Positions 26,333-36,064 of a stretch of DNA of 64,000 bases are shown in pieces. The number at the start of each line of letters is the position of its first letter. Position 1 is the first letter of the stretch. Location: NCBI GenBank assembly GCA_024346625.1, contig AP024664.1:2480001-2544000 (forward strand), written 5' to 3'. This DNA is from Williopsis jadinii (taxonomy: Eukaryota). The notes beneath the pieces are model-generated. The model was not told where the DNA came from, ran no database searches, and saw only the letters and a program-made list of their open reading frames with translations. The position numbers were made by a program, and so were the translations under genes.

Positions 26333-27301
26333 ATGAATAATTACAAAGAAAGGAAGAGAATAAAGTGTACGAGGTTTTCTGATGTTTACAGTGCCATTTG
26401 TGCAAAGACAAACTTACAAGTTGCCATCAAAGTCGTCTGTACAGACGACGAACGTCCTCCACATTGCTCACGCGACGAAGTTCGTCTATTGAAGCAGTTT
26501 GCCCAAGAGAAGGCACCAGCCAATATCACGACACTTTTAGATGTCTTTACAGAGGATCTCACTGATACCGCCATGGTGTTCCCATATTACGCCTTTACAC
26601 TTACAAGTTGGCTCAGACGACATGCGAAGAGGACCAAAGCTTCACACTTCAATCCATACATCAACGTGGATTCAAGGCCGACAACGGCTGAATATATCAG
26701 CAGTTTAACTTTAGAAGAAGGCGTTGAAATTATAAAAGGTGTCGCCAATGGCTTGGACTTTCTCCATGGATTAGGCGTCATCCATCGTGACATAAAACCG
26801 GATAACATCATGTTCCAGGGCTATAACCCAACGCCTGTGATTATTGATTTTGGCATCAGCTACAAGATTCCTAACAACTTTGGCAAGGAGTCTGATTCAA
26901 ACAAGATTTGTGATATTGGTACTGGCATCTACAAGGCACCAGAGCTCCTCTTTCACATTGCAGACTATGGATATGGTGTTGACATTTGGGCCCTAGGAAT
27001 AGTTATGACGTTGGTTTTCAGCAAAGATCTCAAGCCCGTATTTGAAGATGAAGACATTGTTGATTTCAAACTGATGGGGATGATATTTTCAACTTTTGGA
27101 ACCCCATCATTGGAGATATGGCCAGAAGCAGCGAAGTCTACAACTTTTGAACGTCTTCAACTTTTACCTCATCCTGGTAAACCGATGGAACAGATATTAC
27201 CAGGTGTTGACAATCACATAAGAAAAGTATTCCAAAAAATGATGACTTACGAATCAAAAGAGAGAATTAGCGCTAAAGAGATATATACTTTACTCAGCTG
27301 A
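26333..27301 (+). CDS. CAK1: Monomeric CDK-activating kinase
   Basis: HRDIKPDN, DFG and YKAPE with no GxGxxG loop (a Cak1 hallmark); near CAF16/GYP8. Confidence 0.88.
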   Translation: MNNYKERKRIKCTRFSDVYSAICAKTNLQVAIKVVCTDDERPPHCSRDEVRLLKQFAQEKAPANITTLLDVFTEDLTDTAMVFPYYAFTLTSWLRRHAKRTKASHFNPYINVDSRPTTAEYISSLTLEEGVEIIKGVANGLDFLHGLGVIHRDIKPDNIMFQGYNPTPVIIDFGISYKIPNNFGKESDSNKICDIGTGIYKAPELLFHIADYGYGVDIWALGIVMTLVFSKDLKPVFEDEDIVDFKLMGMIFSTFGTPSLEIWPEAAKSTTFERLQLLPHPGKPMEQILPGVDNHIRKVFQKMMTYESKERISAKEIYTLLS

Positions 27302-27434
27302 TCATCTGCTGTTGCAGCATTTTGCACACCTTGTGCACAACCACCCCTTGCATGCTACTTGAATGGCTTCAGAATAGCTAATGCTATTAATAAGTTATTA
27401 ATGGTATTGTTAATATTACACACAGGCATTTACT

Positions 27435-28100
27435 TCAGCTGTTTTCCCTCTCGTACTTTCTTTCCAATTTCATAAACTCAACAATATCGTCTACTCTTTG
27501 TAATTCCTTTTCATTCACAAGTGCTTCTCTTTCCAATTCAGCAAAAGAATCATCTACACTATCGAGATAGTATCCGTTTTTGTAGTACACGAGATTCCCG
27601 TTAAGTTTGTAATTTGGAGTCTCACCTGATATGGTTGACATCTCGCTGTACTCACTCTCGCTGACCGATACATCTGCACCAGTGTTTGCCGATCCTCTTA
27701 ATATCTGTAGCCTAGACTTCTTATTCTCCCTCACAGCCTGCTTGATACCAGCAGATATCTTCGGCGTTGCGTTCTGTTGTTCTTGAAAGGTTTTCAGACC
27801 CGTAGGACACAACGATGTTCTTCGAGACTTTGGAGAACTACCGTCTTCGTTGAACCTGTAATTTTCCCCATTAGCCTCCCTTAAATCGATCGTTTTCACT
27901 GATATGTCTTCGTTGGATGTGTATTGTTTCTTGACGATGTTCTTCTGGATCAAAGTAGGGGTCAATGGAGTAGTGGGGCCCCTTTTCTTGTCATTGCTTT
28001 GTTCCGTAAGGTTCATCACCGCTGGGTTTCTAAGCTTCAAAGGAGTACCATACCTGCTGGAGTCTCCCAGATCAACGTACTCTTGCCATTGTTCAGACAT
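27435..28100 (-). CDS. Unrecognised 221-aa protein with CDK-like sites and C-terminal coiled coil
   Basis: ATG-initiated ORF filling the interval; TPLK, TTPLTP, SPKSR and TPK sites. Confidence 0.75.
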   Translation of the reverse strand: MSEQWQEYVDLGDSSRYGTPLKLRNPAVMNLTEQSNDKKRGPTTPLTPTLIQKNIVKKQYTSNEDISVKTIDLREANGENYRFNEDGSSPKSRRTSLCPTGLKTFQEQQNATPKISAGIKQAVRENKKSRLQILRGSANTGADVSVSESEYSEMSTISGETPNYKLNGNLVYYKNGYYLDSVDDSFAELEREALVNEKELQRVDDIVEFMKLERKYERENS

Positions 28101-28321
28101 GATGAGATATAATCGAATTATGTATGCGTGATTCAGACGTTATTATACTAATCTTCGAAATAGTAAACATTGCAAGAAACATCAACTTTTCCAAACTCGC
28201 GGAAGTCCCACTATTGTTTTCTTTTTTCTTGTTGTTTTGAGTTTGTTTATTTACAAATTGCCTAATCGGGACAAAGAAGAAAGAAAGTAAAATCAACATT
28301 AATCTCCATGAATATTTGAGC

Positions 28322-30208
28322 TTACACTTTCAAAGGATACAGCGTTCTCTTGATATAGCCACGTGGTGTTTCGCTCAAAAGGTGGTTATAGTTCTCCTGC
28401 TTGGTATCTAACTTCACAACGTAGTCTTCGCTCACAGGCAAAGAGAGGACTTTCCTTCCTTGTACTTCTTCCACCTCTCGTTGAGTCTCTGCACGCCTTC
28501 TCCCCAACATGGCCTTGATATGCCATTCTCTTAATGGGAAGAGGAAGAGTAGGGCGACGACGAATATGCACCCGGCAAATATCTGCGCATAGAGGAAGGG
28601 ATTCGATAGAGAGTTATCCCTCAATGACAGTGCAATAACTTCGACGAACAAAACAAAGAACGCCATCACCATATTAAGGATTGACCAAGCGGCAGCGAAG
28701 TCCTCTGCCTTGAATGCATCCGCTATTAGAACAGAGTTCATTACATTTCCCACGCCAAGGGTGAAACCCAGGCAAAGGCCACACAGCAACAACGCGGTAA
28801 AGGACCTTGCCACCATCCAGAATCCGAATATCAGAATGATAACTACGATATTCAGAATGATAGAATAGTTCACTCTTCCGACATAGGCATCGGCGATGAG
28901 TCCCATAGTGGGACGACCAACTGCTTGTGCTGCATTGATTAACGCAGTGAGAACAGAGGCTTGGTGCTGTGAGAGCCCTAATGCTGTTGCAGACGACGCA
29001 AACGAAAATAGAGTCATGTTGTAACCAAGTAGGGCTAGCGAAAACCACAGTGTTATATACCACAATTGTGGTGCCTTTAGTATCTGTGTACTGAACATTG
29101 CTCTGAGATTATCTCTAAAGTTTATCCAGTTCACCTTCTGTCTTGGTGGTTGGTTCCTCTTCTTTATAAAGAAGATTGCAATCGCCAGTGAAACAGTTGT
29201 GACAATTGCAACCATTCGTAAAGACCATCTCTGATCACCGGTTTTCTGGATGAGGGCATTGATCGACAAGGAATAAACCATACCACCAAGACCTGTACCC
29301 GAACATAAGATTCCTGATGCAATGGCTCTTTTCTTCAAAAACCAATTTGGAATAATTGAGCACGCAGGAACAAAGAGGAAAGAGTATGAGATACCAACAA
29401 TAACACCTTGACACACAAATAAATGCCACAGCTTAGTAGCAAATGATGCAAGTAGATAACCAACAAAGTGGAAAACACAGGCTATGGACATAGTGGTCTT
29501 GAATCCAATCAATCTTTCTGATATCACTGCAAATGGAGCAAAGAACTGTGCCAAAAAGACAATCAATCCCGCAATCCAGGCAAAGTCCTGTTGTGTTGCT
29601 CCAGGAAAGACGTCGTTGTCTATGTAGTAGGACAGGTATACACCAAATGCACTGTTATTTCCCCAAGTGGAGAACAGGACAACTAGAGCACAAATACAGC
29701 AAACCCAACCATACCCACCATCTGGAGGAAGATCCACAGTTCCCGTAGTGACATTGGTAAAGACCCTTTCCACAGTTGAAGCTCTCCGCTTTGGAACGTG
29801 CTCCTCAATGTTTTCTCCTACGCTGAACGACGTTGCACGATTCGTCCTCAACCTTAGAGCATCCTCGATGGAGAATTCTCTTTGTAAGTGTCTATCGAGG
29901 TTATCTTTTCCCAGTCTTTCCTCCTGAATGATTGATCTGTTATCATCGGCAATCTGATCCCTTAAACTTCTAATTCTGCCTATCCTCGTCGTTGTGCCTG
30001 TACATGTGGAGCCACTCCGACCATGAACCAGCGCTCGCACTGTGACACTATCACTATTGGAGATAGCAGACGAGGATAGGGACGATCTTGGGCTCTCATT
30101 CTCGTATTCACTCTCCTCCTCAATCGCATGTTCTGAGGCTGTATACGGAATGCTGGAGGTGCCCCTGGTTTGGGAACCTTGTGACTGGGAAAGGAAACTG
30201 ACAGGCAT
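28322..30208 (-). CDS. ESBP6: MFS monocarboxylate-permease-like transporter (Esbp6/Mch2)
   Basis: PPDGGYGW, WFLKKRAIA and ~12 TM segments; first in-frame ATG at 30208; next to SPC98. Confidence 0.85.
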   Translation of the reverse strand: MPVSFLSQSQGSQTRGTSSIPYTASEHAIEEESEYENESPRSSLSSSAISNSDSVTVRALVHGRSGSTCTGTTTRIGRIRSLRDQIADDNRSIIQEERLGKDNLDRHLQREFSIEDALRLRTNRATSFSVGENIEEHVPKRRASTVERVFTNVTTGTVDLPPDGGYGWVCCICALVVLFSTWGNNSAFGVYLSYYIDNDVFPGATQQDFAWIAGLIVFLAQFFAPFAVISERLIGFKTTMSIACVFHFVGYLLASFATKLWHLFVCQGVIVGISYSFLFVPACSIIPNWFLKKRAIASGILCSGTGLGGMVYSLSINALIQKTGDQRWSLRMVAIVTTVSLAIAIFFIKKRNQPPRQKVNWINFRDNLRAMFSTQILKAPQLWYITLWFSLALLGYNMTLFSFASSATALGLSQHQASVLTALINAAQAVGRPTMGLIADAYVGRVNYSIILNIVVIILIFGFWMVARSFTALLLCGLCLGFTLGVGNVMNSVLIADAFKAEDFAAAWSILNMVMAFFVLFVEVIALSLRDNSLSNPFLYAQIFAGCIFVVALLFLFPLREWHIKAMLGRRRAETQREVEEVQGRKVLSLPVSEDYVVKLDTKQENYNHLLSETPRGYIKRTLYPLKV

Positions 30209-31161
30209 CTTTGGACCGCCGCTATCAGCCAAAAGTGTGCTGTGTTCTGATAAGACAAGTTGGAATGTATTTAACTGCCAATGAGACTTTGATAATGACT
30301 AACTGCTCTCAACAGCAGGTCGGTTCTTATCTAAAGGTGGAGACTGAAAATTTGATACTTATTGTGTCAATGAGGTCAAAATTCGGCCAAAGGCTCTGAT
30401 CAGGTAATCTTAAACTTCGCAAGTGCATCATCGGAGATTACAACTTTCCTTGGCGCTTAAGGGCTCCAGATTTGAAGTTGTTGCACATACCAGAATCATT
30501 TTAACTGTGTAGCCTGCTATTGTTCAAAGGTCGTGGAAGGTACCAGTGGGTATAATTCATTGTGTGTATCGATTCACGCTCTGTGATGGATCCTATTCCC
30601 TTTTGATGCTTCGTTATGAGTGTTTGTGCTCTCTTGATTGCCTTGGTGTGTAAAACGGTTAGCGGTACTCCGATACACGCCCCACGGTTATATTAGACAA
30701 GCTGTTGCTATAGAAACCACTCTGAGGACCGATACTTACTATGACCAATCGTGAATAGTCCATATATTGTAGTTACAGACGACATGTGACGTTGCAATCT
30801 GTTATCAGACATATTCTATTTTGTTGCTCTTTAACTTCAAATTCGATGTTACCGATCTCTCCTTTGAGCGGCCTCTCTACTCTTTGCAGTGTGCCTGAAT
30901 TTGGGGTATACTCCCTGCAGGGCTGTCATAACTGATGATGTTCTAAGAGATTTTAGATCCACTACCTAATGTTTGGAAATATTTTCAGATGATCGCCACT
31001 CTCTGTCTACTGTGTTCCACATTTGGCAACGATTTTCCATGCTTCTTTGGTTGTGGAGCTGAGACCATCTGGTCCTTCGCTTCAAATTACAGTTAATGCT
31101 GTTTCGTACTGGAAATTCTTAACTCGAGTATGTACGGTGGTACGCAATTGTAGTGTTCAAA

Positions 31162-33594
31162 TCAGTGGTTTAGTACCAGTCCTAAATGACGGAGTTGAAT
31201 ATCCTGGTCGTTACTCAAGTCCGCCACAAATGTCTTCAAGTCACCGTTGAACTCGTTAAACAACATCAATAGATTTTTGAAAATCGCCTCTTTACGTTGA
31301 TCGTCCTCTCTTTGTGAGTTCCACTCAGTATCCTCCAAGCTTAAAAGCTTAATCAATTCAGTTTCAGCAAGCGAGAACTTGAATGCAATTTGAACTAAGC
31401 TGTTAAACTGGTTGATTAAGAACTTGTTCGAGATGGTGCCCCTATTGGAATCCTTTGAAATATCCATTAACTTATGCTTTGTGATACTATGAAGGAATTG
31501 TGAATGAAACTTTTGAATATCTTGAATTGGTATCTCTTGGAAAATTGTCTCGAATGTGTTTGTAGCATCATCCGAAAGATTAATTTGCTTCAAGTAGTCC
31601 AATGATGGTTTCAGCACAACGGAAGACACTTTCAATTTGGAACTGACTGTTGATATATCAAATTGCACCATCTCATCACTCCTTCTGAATTTCTTCTGTA
31701 GATCTGCATATGCATTTTCAATTATCTCATAGTAGATGAAACTTTGGATAGACTCAAACACACCAAAAATGAAATTATGGATGAGTCTGATTCTGGTGAT
31801 GCGTTTTTCAGCGGTTTGCACATTTTTCCATTGGAGCCAGAGCTGTGTGTAGCTATCGCATAGTCTTTGGATCTTCCATAAGTGGTTGAAAACACGTAAA
31901 TAGTCCTTCTTAAATTGATTTGAGGAATCATTGATCAAAATATTCAATGGAGATTCCACTCTGTAGTCTAGAGTGAATACATCCCATCCAACATTTCCAT
32001 GTCCAATAGCCAAAAGTCTGGCATCCAAATCGCCGAGATTTGACAATTCATATCTTGAAGTTGTGTTGGAAGCTGATTCGTGTAGTAAACGCGTCAACTG
32101 ATGCCCAGTTAAAGAGTTCGAAGGCTCGCTTAACAGCTCTCTTCCATTGTCAATAATGGCCTGTATGAAATCCCCACGACCCATCAACAAATAATCGCGT
32201 AAAGCCGTTAGTGTTGCCATCAATGAAAACTTATCGTGAATTATAAAAGTCATGAAATTGAGAAGACTGGCATACGTGTTATCAATAAACGCGTGAAATT
32301 TGGCTCCCTTGATAAAATTTGCACTGGCATTTAGTCGAAGCTGATTGAAAAGAGTTCCAGTTCTCTCTGAGAATTCACCAATCCATTTCATTTGTCGGCA
32401 ATGATACTTCAAAAACACAATCATTAAACCAATAGAGTAGATTTTACCACTGAGAGCAACATCTAAAAATGATGGTACACTATCTGCTTGGTAATACACA
32501 CCAAGGCTCAGGGACTGTTGGTTTTGTGGTTGCCTGTTTACGAAAAATCCATTATTCTTCTCGTTCAATTCACCTCTAATGATCCATTCGGAGAGCGACT
32601 TTAAAAACGGTTCAAGAGTGTAGCCCAGCATTCTGCGAGCGCATGATTGAATTTCAGGATCACCATGGTCATGATAAGAATGTATAATTGATAGCATTTC
32701 ATAAGGAGGTTTCCCTTCTGTAGTTTTTAAAATGAAAAGGAGGAATCTCAACCTTACCACTGTATCCAAGAGGTCGCTGTAGATAGACTTTAGAGTGAAA
32801 TGTTGCCTTATTGATATCTCATTGACAAGCTGAACATACCCAGATATTTGATCTGAAACAAAGCTGATTAAGGCCACATGAACTTGGGATGATTCATAGC
32901 CTTTCGATGAATCAATCACTTGACAGAGCTTCTGATATACCAAGCCTGCTTCTAAAATCACATGTAACACACCACTTAGTCCATTAGATATATTTCTCGG
33001 GAGAAGAATGGCACCGTCTTTCAAAGGGAACAAGTCTGAAGTGGTCCCAAGCAATGAATATGGTAGTGATCTCAAGATATCCTGTTCTGGAACTTGATCT
33101 TCTAGATATGGAATCAACGTATCTTCCATGGTTAGAGCTCGAGGCTCGTTATACAGAGCCGAGTACACGGATCTTCTATCAGACATTCTATCAAAGTTTG
33201 CATTTTCAAACGAATCCACCGTCAAATGCCCATAGTGTGAAGCTCTGTCGTCGATAACACTTTTGTAATCCTTCTCAGCAGACTCCCTCTTCCCTGCGTA
33301 GTCTCTTAAAATAGTTGACAAAACAACCAGATATCTTGCAACCACGTTCGCATCTTCAATTCGTACAAGCTGCTCAATAATGCTTTCTACTTGAGCAAAG
33401 CTATGTTGTGGAACCAGGCGCCGTACAGCTGGCAACACCTCACTTAACTGATACGTTCTCTGAGACTCCGCGCCATGTTGAATCCGTTGTAACACTTCGC
33501 GCAATAAGTACTCTGCGTCCTCTTCAGAGCTAACAATGAATAGCACCAATCTCTTGAGGTAACTGTGTAATAGGCTGTCGGTGTGATTGGGCAT
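31162..33594 (-). CDS. SPC98: Gamma-tubulin complex component GCP3
   Basis: LLGTTSDLF, YLLMGRGDF, GWDVFTLDY and YLRVFNHLWK. Confidence 0.92.
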   Translation of the reverse strand: MPNHTDSLLHSYLKRLVLFIVSSEEDAEYLLREVLQRIQHGAESQRTYQLSEVLPAVRRLVPQHSFAQVESIIEQLVRIEDANVVARYLVVLSTILRDYAGKRESAEKDYKSVIDDRASHYGHLTVDSFENANFDRMSDRRSVYSALYNEPRALTMEDTLIPYLEDQVPEQDILRSLPYSLLGTTSDLFPLKDGAILLPRNISNGLSGVLHVILEAGLVYQKLCQVIDSSKGYESSQVHVALISFVSDQISGYVQLVNEISIRQHFTLKSIYSDLLDTVVRLRFLLFILKTTEGKPPYEMLSIIHSYHDHGDPEIQSCARRMLGYTLEPFLKSLSEWIIRGELNEKNNGFFVNRQPQNQQSLSLGVYYQADSVPSFLDVALSGKIYSIGLMIVFLKYHCRQMKWIGEFSERTGTLFNQLRLNASANFIKGAKFHAFIDNTYASLLNFMTFIIHDKFSLMATLTALRDYLLMGRGDFIQAIIDNGRELLSEPSNSLTGHQLTRLLHESASNTTSRYELSNLGDLDARLLAIGHGNVGWDVFTLDYRVESPLNILINDSSNQFKKDYLRVFNHLWKIQRLCDSYTQLWLQWKNVQTAEKRITRIRLIHNFIFGVFESIQSFIYYEIIENAYADLQKKFRRSDEMVQFDISTVSSKLKVSSVVLKPSLDYLKQINLSDDATNTFETIFQEIPIQDIQKFHSQFLHSITKHKLMDISKDSNRGTISNKFLINQFNSLVQIAFKFSLAETELIKLLSLEDTEWNSQREDDQRKEAIFKNLLMLFNEFNGDLKTFVADLSNDQDIQLRHLGLVLNH

Positions 33595-33909
33595 TGTGGA
33601 CGCTATTCACTTTGATAGATCTCAATTCAAACGCGGATGTGATTGTTTACGTTTTTGCCTTTGTTTATTTTCCTTTGTTTACAAATGTAGACTTCCTATT
33701 TAGGAAAGATAAAGGGAACTCGTTAACCATCATCAGAGTTTTATTAACTACCATGGATTTACTTGTGTATACGCGCAACTGGAAATTGTATCAATTCATG
33801 AACAAAAACCATTCTCCTAATTTGTTATAAAGATATATTTCATCAGATGACATGACTTGGTGAGTAGATTAATGAACATTGGAATCGGCTATTGAGCCAT
33901 TTCCCCAAA

Positions 33910-35763
33910 TCAAGGGATTACATCATTGACTTCCTTTGTTGAACCAACTTCAATGAACATGAGATCCGCTCTATCATACAAATTGCAATATTTAGATGGA
34001 TCAAACGTGTGGTCATGATAAATGGTGATCAGATTTGTTTCAGTTTCTGGATGGGGCTCTATTTCAAACAAGTCTATGGCAGCATCATGTGGCATGATAA
34101 TCGTTTCTAAACCTCCACAGTGATTTAAACATATCTTAGTTAATGGGTATTTTGATAGATCAAGTGTTTGGCTCAGATATATCCCTGATAGAGTAAGAAG
34201 CTTGAGGCTGGGTAGTTCCAGTGAAGAGAATTGTAAATTTGCTGTTTGATCTGAAAAAACTTCACTTCCTCTCAATTCAAGCTCTATTAGCTCTGGGAAC
34301 TTGCAATGTTGGATAATAAAGCGTTCAGGAAATTCGAATTCACAGATCAAAACAAGCAAAGAAGGAAGATATAGATCGTCAAAAACAATTTCACCAGTGT
34401 AATCGGACTGGAACAGATATAAACTCTCCAGAGAGTCTCGATAATGGTTAAGCCCACTCAGATCGTAAATGCCTGGGATGCCCAAAAATTCAATCTTCTC
34501 GAGGCATGGTGCCATTAAAAGTGGTAAACTTATTGGCGTTGTATCCGTGTTAGCTGTAGTAGGTGCGATAATAAGATTGGACAAATGAGGAAAATAATGG
34601 TCGCCCATTTCGTATAGTAGCCTTACATTCTCAACAGTCAAGAGTTTCAAATTATCTGTGTGTTTCCACCAATCAGATGAAATGACATTCATGGTTTCAA
34701 TACCTTTGAGGAATGTATGATCACAGTTATGAGTTCCAACAGTCTTAACTTCGAGTATATCAACAGATACCAAAGCAGGAGTATAAATATGATCAAGAGT
34801 TTTGAATTGTAAATTTTGGAGATGAAAAACGATCAAATTTGGAGCATTAAAATATGACATCTCGTCCTCTTCCCCATCTTCCAATGCAGTTTGGAGCCCG
34901 AATGATTTAACCCTGGGAAACGACAATTGATGAAGTTTGAACGAGTTTGCCGATGACCTGAATACTTCCAATGAAGAAAAGTTCAGATTTTCCAGTGTTA
35001 CCTGTTGAATTCCAGTGGAAAATTCTGCACTAATGTATGATAATGAAGGACTAAAGACATTAGACCACTTCTCCATGTCCGTAATTTCTTGGAGCCTAAG
35101 ACTCATTATTGTGGAGTGCCCATAATCGATCGAATCATTGATCGTCTTGAACTTCCCTGTAACAAACAGCTCATGCAGTAGTGGTAGATTCCATCTTGAA
35201 AAAGTGTCTCTGCTTTCACATGAAATTAAGGATAACTCTTCCAATTTTGGCAAGTTCAGGTTCTCTGGTAGAAAAGTAGTGTTTTCAAGCGTAAGGCTTA
35301 CAAGGTCTGGGAATTGCAGCATTGGCGAAAGCAGGCTCATATTATCGAGTGTCACTTCATCCAATTCTGAAAAGAAGAATGTGTTCCTGCTAAGATCCAC
35401 TTTCTCCAACGAATCTGGCGTAATTATGACTTTGGGATCGCCTGGCCTTGAGATATAATAATACTTCACCAGCCCACCTCCTTCTAAAAGTTTGGTGGGA
35501 CTCAAATAATGGGTCGCTTCCGTCACAACTATTATACAGAGCATGCTCTTGATTACCAAGGAATGGCTGTGTATATCTGTCCACTTGCATCGATTCTTAA
35601 TTGAAGGAAAGCGTCTGTAGTCGTAAACATTATCAACCGCCAGCAGTACCTTATCCTGTAAAGAGTGCTTGAATTGATCAACAGAGAGAACGCTTTCTAT
35701 GTCAGCGACATCAAGATACAAGAGTATCTGGCCGATTATCTCGAGAGGCAATAGATGTAGCAT
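33910..35763 (-). CDS. F-box/leucine-rich-repeat protein (likely lineage-specific)
   Basis: F-box-like LPLEIIGQILLYL then many xPxLxxLxL repeats. Probable start 35763; alternative ATG at 35865. Confidence 0.8.
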   Translation of the reverse strand: MLHLLPLEIIGQILLYLDVADIESVLSVDQFKHSLQDKVLLAVDNVYDYRRFPSIKNRCKWTDIHSHSLVIKSMLCIIVVTEATHYLSPTKLLEGGGLVKYYYISRPGDPKVIITPDSLEKVDLSRNTFFFSELDEVTLDNMSLLSPMLQFPDLVSLTLENTTFLPENLNLPKLEELSLISCESRDTFSRWNLPLLHELFVTGKFKTINDSIDYGHSTIMSLRLQEITDMEKWSNVFSPSLSYISAEFSTGIQQVTLENLNFSSLEVFRSSANSFKLHQLSFPRVKSFGLQTALEDGEEDEMSYFNAPNLIVFHLQNLQFKTLDHIYTPALVSVDILEVKTVGTHNCDHTFLKGIETMNVISSDWWKHTDNLKLLTVENVRLLYEMGDHYFPHLSNLIIAPTTANTDTTPISLPLLMAPCLEKIEFLGIPGIYDLSGLNHYRDSLESLYLFQSDYTGEIVFDDLYLPSLLVLICEFEFPERFIIQHCKFPELIELELRGSEVFSDQTANLQFSSLELPSLKLLTLSGIYLSQTLDLSKYPLTKICLNHCGGLETIIMPHDAAIDLFEIEPHPETETNLITIYHDHTFDPSKYCNLYDRADLMFIEVGSTKEVNDVIP

Positions 35764-36064
35764 TACTGATTGCGGAACAACCTCAATAGTTAGAGCATAC
35801 GGACTAATGTGTAGTGCAAATGTTTTGTTGATCTTGTTGCGGAGTGCAGGCGGTGTGCTTTTCATGGTTATGAGCTTTTACGTCTCAGGATTGACGGACA
35901 AGGAAAATCAGGCTGGACTCAGAACAATGATACCTGCTGATGGTTAAGCAACTGGAGATTCCTAGAGGTTATAGCATTACTTGGTCTGGTATGAATATTA
36001 CTCTAAATATGAAAAAAAGGAGTTATGGCCAGAAACTGAATAGTCGAATTAGATTAGTCCATAG

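Noticed and set aside
30234..30313. Plus-strand GACTAAC..CAG upstream of ESBP6
   Set aside because: No convincing donor or plus-strand gene.
30400..31150. Possible ncRNA in the ESBP6-SPC98 gap (TGATGA at ~30933)
   Set aside because: No paired D box, guide or recognisable structure.
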